Source: Eledone cirrhosa (Eukaryota). From it: a stretch of 64,000 nt of DNA. Shown one piece after another: positions 32,751-47,127 of the stretch; the first letter of the stretch is position 1, and every line of letters starts with the position of its first letter. Below the pieces are notes generated by a model. It was not told the DNA's origin. It saw only the letters and a list, made by a program, of their open reading frames with translations, and did no database searches. The DNA lies in the NCBI GenBank assembly GCA_964016885.1, contig OZ024740.1:38626001-38690000 (forward strand). The letters run 5' to 3'. A program made the position numbers and the translations under genes.

Positions 32751-34346
32751 CATATACACCATCTCTTGTCATTAAGAAGGGTTAACAGTAGAACTACTGG
32801 CAATACTATAACATAAACACCATCTCTTGTAATTAACAAGAGTTAACAGTAGAACTACTGGCAATACTATAATATATATACCATCTCTTGTCATTAAGAA
32901 GGGTTAACAGTAGAACTACTGGCAATACTATAACATATACACCATCCCTTGTCATTAAGAAGTGTTAACCGTAGAACTACTGGCGATACTATAACATATA
33001 CACCATCTCTTGTCATTAAGAAGGGTTAACAGTAGAACTACTGGCAATACTATAACATATACACCATCCTTTGTCATTAAGAAGGGTTAACAGTAGAACT
33101 ACTAGCAATACTATAACATATACACCATCTCTTGTCATTAAGAAGGGTTAACAGTAGATCTACTGGCAATACTATAACATATACACAATCTCTTGTCATT
33201 AATAAGGGTTAACAGTAGAACTACTAGCAATACTATAACATATATACCATCTCTTGTCATTAAGAAGGGTTAACAGTAGAACTACTGGCAATACTATAAC
33301 ATATACACCATCTCTTGTCATTAATAAGGATTAACAGTAGAACTACTGGCAATACTATAACATATATACCATCGCTTGTCATTAACAAGAGTTAACAGTA
33401 GAACTACTGGCTATACTATAACATATATACCATCTCTTGTCATTAACAAGGGTTAACAGTAGAACTATTCGCAATACTATAACATATACACCATCTCTTG
33501 TCATTAAGAAGGGTTAACAGTAGAACTACTGGCAATACTATAACATATACACCATCTTTTGTCATTAAGAAGGGTTAACAGTGGAACTACTGGCAATACT
33601 ATAACATATACACCATCTCTTGTCATTAAGAAAGGTTAACAGTAGAACTACTAGAAATACTATAACATATACACCATCTCTTGTCATTAACAAGGGTTAA
33701 CAGTAGATGTACTGGCAATACTATAACATATACACCATCTCTTGTCATTAACAAGGGTTAACATTAGAACTACTGGCAATACTATAACATATACACCATC
33801 TCTTGTCATTAATAAGGGTTAACAGTAGAACTACTGGCAATACTGTAACATATACACCATCTCTTGCTGTTAACAAGGGTTAACAGTAGAACTACTGGCA
33901 ATACTATAAAATATACACCATCACTTGTCATTAACAAGGGTTAACAGTAGAACTACTGGCTATACTATAACATATATACCATCTCTTGTCATTAACAAGA
34001 GTTAACAGTAGAACTACTGGCTATACTATAACATATATACCATCTCTTGTCATTAACAAGGGTTAACAGTAGAACTACTGGCAATACTATAACATATACA
34101 CTATCTCTTGTCATTAATAAGGGTTAACGGTAGAACTACTGGCGATACTATAACATAAACGCCATCTCTTGTCATTAAGAAGGGTTAACAGTAGAACTAC
34201 TGGCAATACTATAACATATACACCATCTCTTGTCATTAAGAAGGGTTAACAGTAGAACTACTGGCAATACAATAACATAAACACCATCTCTTGTAATTAA
34301 CAAGGGTTAACAGTAGAACTACTGGCAATACTATAACATATATAAC

Positions 34347-37300
34347 ATCTCTTGTCATTAAGAAGGGTTAACAGTAGAACTACTGGCAATACTATAACAT
34401 ATACACCATCCCTTGTCATTAAGAAGTGTTAACCGTAGAACTACTGGCGATACTATAACATATACACCATCTCTTGTCATTAAGAAGGGTTAACAGTAGA
34501 ACTACTAGCAATACTATAACATATACACCATCTCTTGTCATTAAGAAGGGTTAACAGTAGATCTACTGGCAATACTATAACATATACACAATCTCTTGTC
34601 ATTAATAAGGGTTAACAGTAGAACTACTAGCAATACTATAACATATATACCATCTCTTGTCATTAAGAAGGGTTAACAGTAGAACTAATGGCAATACTAT
34701 AACATATACACCATCTCTTGTCATTAATAAGGGTTAACAGTAGAACTACTGGCAATACTATAACATATATACCATCGCTTGTCATTAACAAGAGTTAACA
34801 GTAGAACTACTGGCTATACTATAACATATATACCATCTCTTGTCATTAACAAGGGTTAACAGTAGAACTATTCGCAATACTATAACATATACACCATCTC
34901 TTGTCATTAAGAAGGGTTAACAGTAGAACTACTGGCAATACTATAACATATACACCATCTTTTGTCATTAAGAAGGGTTAACAGTAGAACTACTGGCAAT
35001 ACTATAACATATACACCATCTCTTGTCATTAAGAAAGGTTAACAGTAGAACTACTAGAAATACTATAACATATACACCATCTCTTGTCATTAAGAAGGGT
35101 TAACAGTAGATCTACTGGCAATACTATAACATATACACCATCTCTTGACATTAACAAGGGTTAACATTAGAACTACTGGCAATACTATAACATATACACC
35201 ATCTCTTGTCATTAATAAGGGTTAACAGTAGAACTACTGGCAATACTATAACATATACAACATCTCTTGCTGTTAACAAGGGTTAACAGTAGAACTACTG
35301 GCAATACTATAAAATATACACCACCTCTTGTCATTAACAAGAGTTAACAGTAGAACTACTGGCTATACTATAACATATATACCATCTCTTGTCATTAACA
35401 AGGGTTAACAGTAGAACTACTGGCAATACTATAACATATACACTATCTCTTGTCATTGATAAGGGTTAACAGTAGAACTACTGGCGATACTATAACATAT
35501 ACACCATCTCTTTTCATTAACAAGGGTTAACAGTAGAACTACTGGCAATACTATAACATATATACCATATCTTGTCATTAACAAGGGTTAACATTAGAAC
35601 TACTGGCAATACTATAACATATACCCCATCTCTTGTCATTAATAAGGGTTAACAGTAGAACTACTGGCAATACTATAACATATACACTATCTCTTGTCAT
35701 TGATAAGGGTTAACAGTAGAACTACTGGCGATACTATAACATATACACCATCTCTTTTCATTAATAAGGGTTAACAGTAGAACTACTAGCAATACTATAA
35801 CATATATACCATCTCTTGTCATTAACAAGGGTTAACATTAGAACTACTGGCAATACTATAACATATACCCCATCTCTTGTCATTAATAAGGGTTAACAGT
35901 AGAACTACTAGCAATAATATAACATATATACCATCTCTTGTCTTTAATAAGGGTTAACAGTAGAACTACTAGCAATACTATAACATATATACCATCTCTT
36001 GTCATTAACAAGAGTTAACATTAGAACTACTGGCAATACTATAACATATACACCATCTCTTGTCATTAATAAGGGTTAACAGTAGAACTACTGACAATAC
36101 TATAAGATATACACCATCTCTTGTCATTAACAAGAGTTAACAGTAGAACAACTGGCAATACTATAACATATACACCATCTCTTGTCATTAAGAAGGTTTA
36201 ACAGTAGAACTACTGGCAATACTATAACATATACACCATCCTTTGTCATTAAGAAGGGTTAGCAGTAGAACTACTAGCAATACTATAACATAAACACCAT
36301 CTCTTGTCATTAAGAAGGGTTAATAGTAGAACTATTGGCAATACTATAACATATACACCATCTCTTGTCATTAAGAAGGGTTAACATTAGAACTACTGGT
36401 AATACTATAACATATATACCATCTCTTGTCATTAACAAGGGTTAACATTAGAACTACTGGCAATACTATAACATATACACCATCTCTTGTCATTAACAAG
36501 GGTTAACAGTAGAACTGCTGGCAATACAATAACATATAAACCATCTCTTGTCATTAAGAAGGGTTAACAGTAGAACGACTGGCAATACATATATACCATC
36601 TCTTGTCATTAACAAGGGTTAACAGTAGAACTATTCGCATTACTATAACATATACACCATCTCTTGCCATTAAGAAGGGGTAACAGTAGAAATACTGGCA
36701 ATACTATAACATATACACTATTTCTTGTCATTAAGAAGGGTTAACAGTAGAACTACTGGCAATACTATAACATAAACACCATCTAGAACTATTGGCAATA
36801 CTATAAAATATACACCATCTCTTGTCATTAAGAAGGGTTAACAGTAGAACTACTGGCAATACTATAACATATATACCATCTCTTGTCAGTAACAAGGGTT
36901 AAAAGTAGAACTACTGGCAATACTATAACATATACACCCTCTCTTGTCATTAAGAAGGGTTAACAGTAGAACTACAGGCAATACTATCACATATACACTA
37001 TCTCTTGTCATTAACAAGGGTTAACAGTGGAACTATTCGCAATACTATAACATATACACCATCTCTTGTCATTAAGAAGGGTTAACAGTAGAACTATTGG
37101 CAATACTATAACTTATACACCATATCTTGTCAGTAACAAGGGTTAACAGTAGAACTATTCGCAATACTATAACATATACACCATCTCTTGTCATTAACAA
37201 CGGTTAACAGTAGAACTACTGGCAATACTATAAGATATACACCATCTCTTGTCATTAAGAAGGGTTAACAGTAGAACTACTGGCAATACTATAACATATA

Positions 37301-40094
37301 CACCATCCCTTGTCATTAAGAAGTGTTAACCGTAGAACTACTGGCGATACTATAACATATACACCATCTCTTGTCATTAAGAAGGGTTAACAGTAGAACT
37401 ACTAGCAATACTATAACATATACACCATCTCTTGTCATTAAGAAGGGTTAACAGTAGATCTACTGGCAATACTATAACATATACACAATCTCTTGTCATT
37501 AATAAGGGTTAACAGTAGAACTACTAGCAATACTATAACATATATACCATCTCTTGTCATTAAGAAGGGTTAACAGTAGAACTAATGGCAATACTATAAC
37601 ATATACACCATCTCTTGTCATTAATAAGGGTTAACAGTAGAACTACTGGCAATACTATAACATATATACCATCGCTTGTCATTAACAAGAGTTAACAGTA
37701 GAACTACTGGCTATACTATAACATATATACCATCTCTTGTCATTAACAAGGGTTAACAGTAGAACTATTCGCAATACTATAACATATACACCATCTCTTG
37801 TCATTAAGAAGGGTTAACAGTAGAACTACTGGCAATACTATAACATATACACCATCTTTTGTCATTAAGAAGGGTTAACAGTAGAACTACTGGCAATACT
37901 ATAACATATACACCATCTCTTGTCATTAAGAAAGGTTAACAGTAGAACTACTAGAAATACTATAACATATACACCATCTCTTGTCATTAAGAAGGGTTAA
38001 CAGTAGATCTACTGGCAATACTATAACATATACACCATCTCTTGACATTAACAAGGGTTAACATTAGAACTACTGGCAATACTATAACATATACACCATC
38101 TCTTGTCATTAATAAGGGTTAACAGTAGAACTACTGGCAATACTATAACATATACAACATCTCTTGCTGTTAACAAGGGTTAACAGTAGAACTACTGGCA
38201 ATACTATAAAATATACACCATCTCTTGTCATTAACAAGAGTTAACAGTAGAACTACTGGCTATACTATAACATATATACCATCTCTTGTCATTAACAAGG
38301 GTTAACAGTAGAACTACTGGCAATACTATAACATATACACTATCTCTTGTCATTGATAAGGGTTAACAGTAGAACTACTGGCGATACTATAACATATACA
38401 CCATCTCTTTTCATTAACAAGGGTTAACAGTAGAACTACTGGCAATACTATAACATATATACCATATCTTGTCATTAACAAGGGTTAACATTAGAACTAC
38501 TGGCAATACTATAACATATACCCCATCTCTTGTCATTAATAAGGGTTAACAGTAGAACTACTGGCAATACTATAACATATACACTATCTCTTGTCATTGA
38601 TAAGGGTTAACAGTAGAACTACTGGCGATACTATAACATATACACCATCTCTTTTCATTAATAAGGGTTAACAGTAGAACTACTAGCAATACTATAACAT
38701 ATATACCATCTCTTGTCATTCACAAGGGTTAACATTAGAACTACTGGCAATACTATAACATATACCCCATCTCTTGTCATTAATAAGGGTTAACAGTAGA
38801 ACTACTAGCAATAATATAACATATATACCATCTCTTGTCATTAATAAGGGTTAACAGTAGAACTACTAGCAATACTATAACATATATACAATCTCTTGTC
38901 ATTAACAAGGGTTAACATTAGAACTACTGGCAATACTATAACATATACACCATCTCTTGTCATTAATAAGGGTTAACAGTAGAACTACTGACAATACTAT
39001 AAGATATACACCATCTCTTGTCATTAACAAGAGTTAACAGTAGAACAACTGGCAATACTATAACATATACACCATCTCTTGTCATTAAGAAGGTTTAACA
39101 GTAGAACTACTGGCAATACTATAACATATACACCATCCTTTGTCATTAAGAAGGGTTAGCAGTAGAACTACTAGCAATACTATAACATAAACACCATCTC
39201 TTGTCATTAAGAAGGGTCAATAGTAGAACTATTGGCAATACTATAACATATACACCATCTCTTGTCATTAAGAAGGGTTAACATTAGAACTACTGGTAAT
39301 ACTATAACATATATACCATCTCTTGTCATTAACAAGGGTTAACATTAGAACTACTGGCAATACTATAACATATACACCATCTCTTGTCATTAACAAGGGT
39401 TAACAGTAGAACTGCTGGCAATACAATAACATATAAACCATCTCTTGTCATTAAGAAGGGTTAACAGTAGAACGACTGGCAATACATATATACCATCTCT
39501 TGTCATTAACAAGGGTTAACAGTAGAACTATTCGCATTACTATAACATATACACCATCTCTTGCCATTAAGAAGGGGTAACAGTAGAACTACTGGCAATA
39601 CTATAACATAAACACCATCTAGAACTATTGGCAATACTATAAAATATACACCATCTCTTGTCATTAAGAAGGGTTAACAGTAGAACTACTGGCAATACTA
39701 TAACATATATACCATCTCTTGTCAGTAACAAGGGTTAAAAGTAGAACTACTGGCAATACTATAACATATACACCCTCTCTTGTCATTAAGAAGGGTTAAC
39801 AGTAGAACTACAGGCAATACTATCACATATACACTATCTCTTGTCATTAACAAGGGTTAACAGTGGAACTATTCGCAATACTATAACATATACACCATCT
39901 CTTGTCATTAAGAAGGGTTAACAGTAGAACTATTGGCAATACTATAACTTATACACCATATCTTGTCAGTAACAAGGGTTAACAGTAGAACTATTCGCAA
40001 TACTATAACATATACACCATCTCTTGTCATTAACAACGGTTAACAGTAGAACTACTGGCAATACTATAAGATATACACCATCTCTTGTCATTAA
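34347..40094 (+). repeat. Tandem duplication of a 2,897-bp, 48-monomer unit
   Basis: CATTGATAAG at 35454/38351 and AGAACTAATGG at 34681/37578 are offset by 2,897 (48x61-31). TCTAGA at 36782/39618 is offset by 2,836, so copy 2 has lost one monomer. Confidence 0.9.
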
Positions 40095-43000
40095 CAAGAG
40101 TTAACAGTAGAGCTACTGTCAATACTATAACATATATACCATCTCTTGTCATTAAGAAGGGTTAACAGTATAACTACTGGCAATACTATTACATATACAC
40201 CATCTCTTGTCATTAATAAGGGTTAACAGTAGAACTACTGACAATACTGTAACATATACACCATCTCTTGCTGTTAACAAGGGTTAACAGTAGAACTACT
40301 GTCAATACTATAACATATATACCATCTCTTGTCATTAAGAATGGTTAACGGTAGAACTACTTGCAATACTATGACATATACACCATCTCTTTTCATTAAC
40401 AAGGGTTAACAGTAGAACTACTGGCAATACTATAAGATATACACCATCTCTTGTCATTAACAAGAGTTAACAGTAGAACTACTGTCAATACTATAACATA
40501 TACACCATCTCTTGTCATTAAGAAGGGTTAACAGTAGAACTACTGGCAATACTATAACATATACACCATCTTTTGTCATTAAGAAGGGTTAACAGTAGAA
40601 CTACTGGCAATACTATAACATATACACCACCTCTTGTCATTAAGAAAGGTTAACAGTAGAACTACTAGCAATACTATAACATATACACCATCTCTTGTCA
40701 TTAAGAAGGGTTAACAGTAGAACTACTGGCAATACTATAACATATATACCATCGCTTGTCATTAACAAGAGTTAACACTAGAACTACTGGCTATACTATA
40801 ACATATATACCATCTCTTGTCATTAACAAGGGTTAACATTAGAACTACTGGCGATACTATAACATATACACCATCTCTTTTCATTAACAAGGGTTAACAG
40901 TAGAACTACTGGCAATACTATAAGATATACACCATCTCTTGTCATTAACAAGAGTTAACAGTAGAACTACTGTCAATACTATAACATATATACCATCTCT
41001 TGTCATTAAGAATGGTTAACAGTAGAACTACTGGCAATACTATAACATAAACACCATCTCTTGTAATTAACAAGGGTTAACAGTAGAACTACTGGCAATA
41101 CTATAACATATACACCATCCCTTGTCATTAAGAAGTGTCAACCGTAGAACTACTGGCGTTACTATAACATATACACCATCTCTTGTCATTAAGAAGGGTT
41201 AACAGTAGAACTACTGGCAATACTATAACATATACACCATCCTTTATCATTAAGAAGGGTTAACAGTAGAACTACTAGCAATACTATAACATATACACCA
41301 TCTCTTGTCATTAAGAAGGGTTAACAGTAGATCTACTGGCAATACTATAACATATACACAATCTCTTGTCATTAATAAGGGTTAACAGTAGAACTACTGG
41401 CAATAACATAACATATATACCATCGCTTGTCATTAACAAGAGTTAGCACTAGAACTACTGGCTATACTATAACATATATACCATCTCTTGTCATTAACAA
41501 GGGTTAACATTAGAACTACTGGCGATACTATAACATATACACCATCTCTTTTCATTAACAAGGGTTAACAGTAGAACTACTGGCAATACTATAAGATATA
41601 CACCATCTCTTGTCATTAACAAGAGTTAACAGTAGAACTACTGTCAATACTATAACATATATACCATCTCTTGTCATTAAGAATGGTTAACGGTAGAACT
41701 ACTTGCAATACTATGACATATACACCATCTCTTTTCATTAACAAGGGTTAACAGTAGAACTACTGGCAATACTATAAGATATACACCATCTCTTGTCATT
41801 AACAAGAGTTAACAGTAGAACTACTGTCAATACTATAACATATACACCATCTCTTGTCATTAAGAAGGGTTAACAGTAGAACTACTGGCAATACTATAAC
41901 ATATACACCATCTTTTGTCATTAAGAAGGGTTAACAGTAGAACTACTGGCAATACTATAACATATACACCACCTCTTGTCATTAAGAAAGGTTAACAGTA
42001 GAACTACTAGCAATACTATAACATATACACCATCTCTTGTCATTAAGAAGGGTTAACAGTAGAACTACTGGCAATACTATAACATATATACCATCGCTTG
42101 TCATTAACAAGAGTTGACAGTAGAACTAGTGGCTATACTATAACATATACACCATCTCTTGTCATTAACAAGTGTTAACAGTAGAACTACTGGCAATACT
42201 ATAACATATACATCATCTCTTGTAATTAACAAGGGTTAACAGTAGAACTACTGGCAATACTATAACATATACACCATCCCTTGTCATTAAGAAGTGTCAA
42301 CCGTAGAACTACTGGCGTTACTATAACATATACACCATCTCTTGTCATGAAGAAGGGTAAACAGTAGAACTACTGGCAATACTATAACATATACACCATC
42401 CTTTGTCATTAAGAAGGGTTAAAAGTAGAACTACTAGCAATACTATAACATATACACCATCTCTTGTCATTAAGAAGGGTTAACAGTAGATCTACTGGCA
42501 ATACTATAACATATACACAATCTCTTGTCATTAATAAGGGTTAACAGTAGAACTACTGGCAATAATATAACATATATACCATCGCTTGTCATTAACAAGA
42601 GTTAACACTAGAACTACTGGCTATACTATAACATATATACCATCTCTTGTCATTAAAAGGGTTAACAGTAGAACAACTGGCAATACATATATACCATCTC
42701 TTGTCATTAACAAGGGTTAACAGTAGAACTATTCGCAATACTATAACATATACACCATCTCTTGTCATTAAGAAGGGGTAACAGTAGAAATACTGGCAAT
42801 ACTATAACATATACACTATCTCTTGTCATTAAGAAGGGTTAACAGTAGAACTACTGGCAATACTATAACATATACACCATCTAGAACTAATGGCAATACT
42901 ATAAAATATACACCATCTCTTGTCATTAAGAAGTGTTAACAGTAGAAATACTGGCAATACTATAACATATACACTATCTCTTGTCATTAAGAAGGGTTAA

Positions 43001-46000
43001 CAGTAGAACTACTGGAAATACTATAACATATACACCATCTCTTGTCATTAAGAAGGGTTAACAGTAGAACTACTTGCAATACTATGACATATGCACCATC
43101 TCTTTTCATTAACAAGGGTTAACAGTAGAACTACTGGCAATAATATGAGATATACACCATCTCTTGTCATTAACAAGAGTTAACAGTATAACTACTGGAA
43201 ATATTATAACATATACACCATATCTTGTCATTAAGAATGGTTAACAGTAGAACTACTGGCAATACTATAAGATATACACCATCTCTTGTCATTAACAAGA
43301 GTTAACAGTAGAACTACTATCAATACTATAACATATACACCATCTCTTGTCATTAAGAAGGGTTAACAGTAGAACTACTGGCAATACTATAACATATCCA
43401 CCATCGCTTGTCATTAAGAAGTGTTAACCATAGAACTACTAGCAATACTATAACATATACACCATCTCTTGTCATTAAGAAGGGTTAACAGTAGAACTAC
43501 TGGCAATACTATAACATATACACCATCTTTTGTCAATAAGAAGGGTTAACAGTAGAACTACTGGCAATACTATAACATATACACCATCTCTTGTCATTAA
43601 GAAAGGTTAACAGTAGAACTGCTAGCAATACTATAACATATACACCATCTCTTATCATTAAGAAGGGTTCACAGTAGATCTACTGGCAATACTATAAGAT
43701 ATACACCATCTCTTGTCATTAACAAGGGTTAATATTAGAACTACTGGCAATACTATAACATATACACCATCTCTTGTCATTAATAAGGGTTAACAGTAGA
43801 ACTACTGGCAATACTGTAACATTTACACCATCTCTTGCTGTTAACAAGGGTTAACAGTAGAACTACTGGCAATACTATAAAATATACACCATCTCTTGTC
43901 ATTAACAAGGGTTAACAGTAGAACGACTGGCTATACTATAACATATATACCATCTCTTGTCATTAACAAGAGTTAACAGTAGAACAACTGGCTATACTAT
44001 AAAATATATACCATCCCTTGTCATTAACAAGGGTTAACAGTAGAACTACTGGCAATACTATAACATATACACCATCTCTTGTCATTAATAAGGGTTAACA
44101 GTAGAACTACTGGCAATACTATAACATATATAGCATCGCTTGTCATTAACAAGAGTTAACAGTAGGACTACTGGCTATACTATAACATATACACGATCTC
44201 TTGTCATTAACAAGTGTTAACAGTAGAACTACTGGCAATACTATAACATATACACCATCCTTTGTCATTAAGAAGGGTTAACAGTAGAACTACTAGCAAT
44301 ACTATAACATATACACCATCTCTTGTCATTAAGAAGGGTTAACAGTAGATCTACTGGCAATACTATAACATATACACAATCTCTTGTCATTAATAAGGGT
44401 TAACCGTAGAACTACTGGCAATAATATAACATATATACCATCGCTTGTCATTAACAAGTGTTAACAGTAGAACTACTGGCTATACTATAACATATATACC
44501 ATCTCTTGTCATTAAAAGGGTTAACAGTAGAACTACTGGCAATACTATAACATATACACCATCTAGAACTAATGGCAATACTATAAAATATACACCATCT
44601 CTTGTCATTAAGAAGGGTTAACAGTAGAAATACTGGCAATACTATAACATATACACTATCTCTTGTCATTAAGAAGGGTTAACAGTAGAACTACTTGCAA
44701 TACTATGACATATGCACCATCTCTTTTCATTAACAAGGGTTAACAGTAGAACTACTGGCAATAATATAAGATATACACCATCTCTTGTCATTAACAAGAG
44801 TTAACAGTAGAACTACTGTCAATACTATAACATATACACCATCTCTTGTCATTAAGAAGGGTTAACAGTAGAACTACTGGCAATACTATAACATATCCAC
44901 CATCGCTTGTCATTAAGAAGTGTTAACCGTAGAACTACTGGCAATACTATAACATATACACCATCTCTTGTCATTAAGAAGGGTTAACAGTAGAACTACT
45001 GGCAATACTATAACATATACACCATCTTTTGTCAATAAGAAGGGTTAACAGTAGAACTACTGGCAATACTATAACATATACACCATCTCTTGTCATTAAG
45101 AAAGGTTAACAGTAGAACTACTAGCAATACTATAACATATACACCATCTCTTATCATTAAGAAGGGTTCACAGTAGATCTACTGGCAATACTATAACATA
45201 TACACCATCTCTTGTCATTAACAAGGGTTAACATTAGAACTACTGGCAATACTATAACATATACACCATCTCTTGTCATTAATAAGGGTTAACAGTAGAA
45301 CTACTGGCAATACTGTAACATTTACACCATCTCTTGCTGTTAACAAGGGTTAACAGTAGAACTACTGGCAATACTATAAAATATACACCATCTCTTGTCA
45401 TTAACAAGGGTTAACAGTAGAACGACTGGCTATACTATAACATATATACCATCTCTTGTCATTAACAAGAGTTAACAGTAGAACTACTGGCTATACTATA
45501 ACAAATATACCATCTCTTGTCATTAACAAGTGTTAACAATAGAACTACTGGCAATACTATAACATATACACTATCTCTTGTCATTAATAAGGGTTAACAG
45601 TAGAACTACTGGCAGTACTATAACATATATACCATCGCTTGTCATTAACAAGAGTTAACAGTAGAACTACTGGCTATACTATAACATATACACCATCTCT
45701 TGTCATTAACAAGTGTTAACAGTAGAACTACTGGCAATACTATAACATATACACCATCTCTTGTCATTTACAAGTGTTAATAGTAGAACTACTGGCAATA
45801 CTATAACATATATACCATCTCTTGTCATTAAGAAGGGTTAACAGTAGAACTACTGGCAATACTATAATATATACACCATCCCTTGTCATTAAGAAGTGTT
45901 AACCGTAGAACTACTGGCGATACTATAACATATACACCATCTCTTGTCATTAATAAGGGTTAACAGTAGAACTACTGGCAATACTATAACATATACACCA

Positions 46001-47127
46001 TCCTTTGTCATTAAGAAGGGTTAAAAATAGAACTACTAGCAATACTATAACATATACACCATCTCTTGTCATTAAGAAGGGTTAACAGTAGTTCTACTGG
46101 CAATACTATAACATATACACAATCTCTTGACATTTACAAGAGTTAACAGTAGAACTACTGGCTATACTATAACATATATACCATCTCTTGTCATTAACAA
46201 GGGTTAACAGTAGAACTACTGGCAATACTATAACATATAACACCATCTCTTGTCATTAAGAAGGGTCAACAGTAGAACTACTGGCAATACTATAACATAT
46301 ATACCATCGCTTGTCATTAACAAGAGTTAACAGTAGAACTACTCGAAATACTATAACATATACACCATCTCTTGTCATTAACAAGTGTTAACAGTAGAAC
46401 TACTGGCAATACTATAACATATACAACATCTCTTGTCATTAACAAGAGTTAACAGTAGAACTACTGGCAATACTATAACATATACACCATCTCTTGTCAT
46501 TAAGAAGGGTTAACAGTAGAACTACTGGCAATACTATAACATAAACACCATCTCTTGTAATTAACAAGGGTTAACAGTAGAACTACTGGCAATAATATAA
46601 CATATATACCATCTCTTGTCATTAAGAAGGGTTAACAGTAGAACTACTGGTAATACTATAACATATACACCATCCCTTGTCATTAAGAAGTGTTAACCGT
46701 AGAACTACTGGCGATACTATAACATATACACCATCTCTTGTCATTAAGAAGGGTTAACAGTAGAACTACTGGCAATACTATAACATATACACCATCCTTT
46801 CTCATAAAGAAGGGTTAACAGTAGAACTACTAGCAATACTATAACATATACACCATCTCTTGTCATTAAGAAGGGTTAACAGTAGATCTACTGGCAATAC
46901 TATAACATATACACAATCTCTTGTCATTAATAAGGGTTAACAGTAGAACTACTAGCAATACTATAACATATATACCATCTCTTGTCATTAAGAAGGGTTA
47001 ACAGTAGAACTACTGGCAATACTATAACATATACACCATCTCTTGTCATTAATAAGGGTTAACAGTAGAACTACTGGCAATACTATAACATATATACCAT
47101 CCCTTGTCATTAACAAGAGTTAACACT

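Noticed and set aside
46086-46099. CAGTAG-TT-CTACTG as a hairpin loop inversion (AA>TT)
   Set aside because: The paralogous monomer at ~52553 reads CAGTAGATCTACTG, so a single A>T change from the AT variant explains it.
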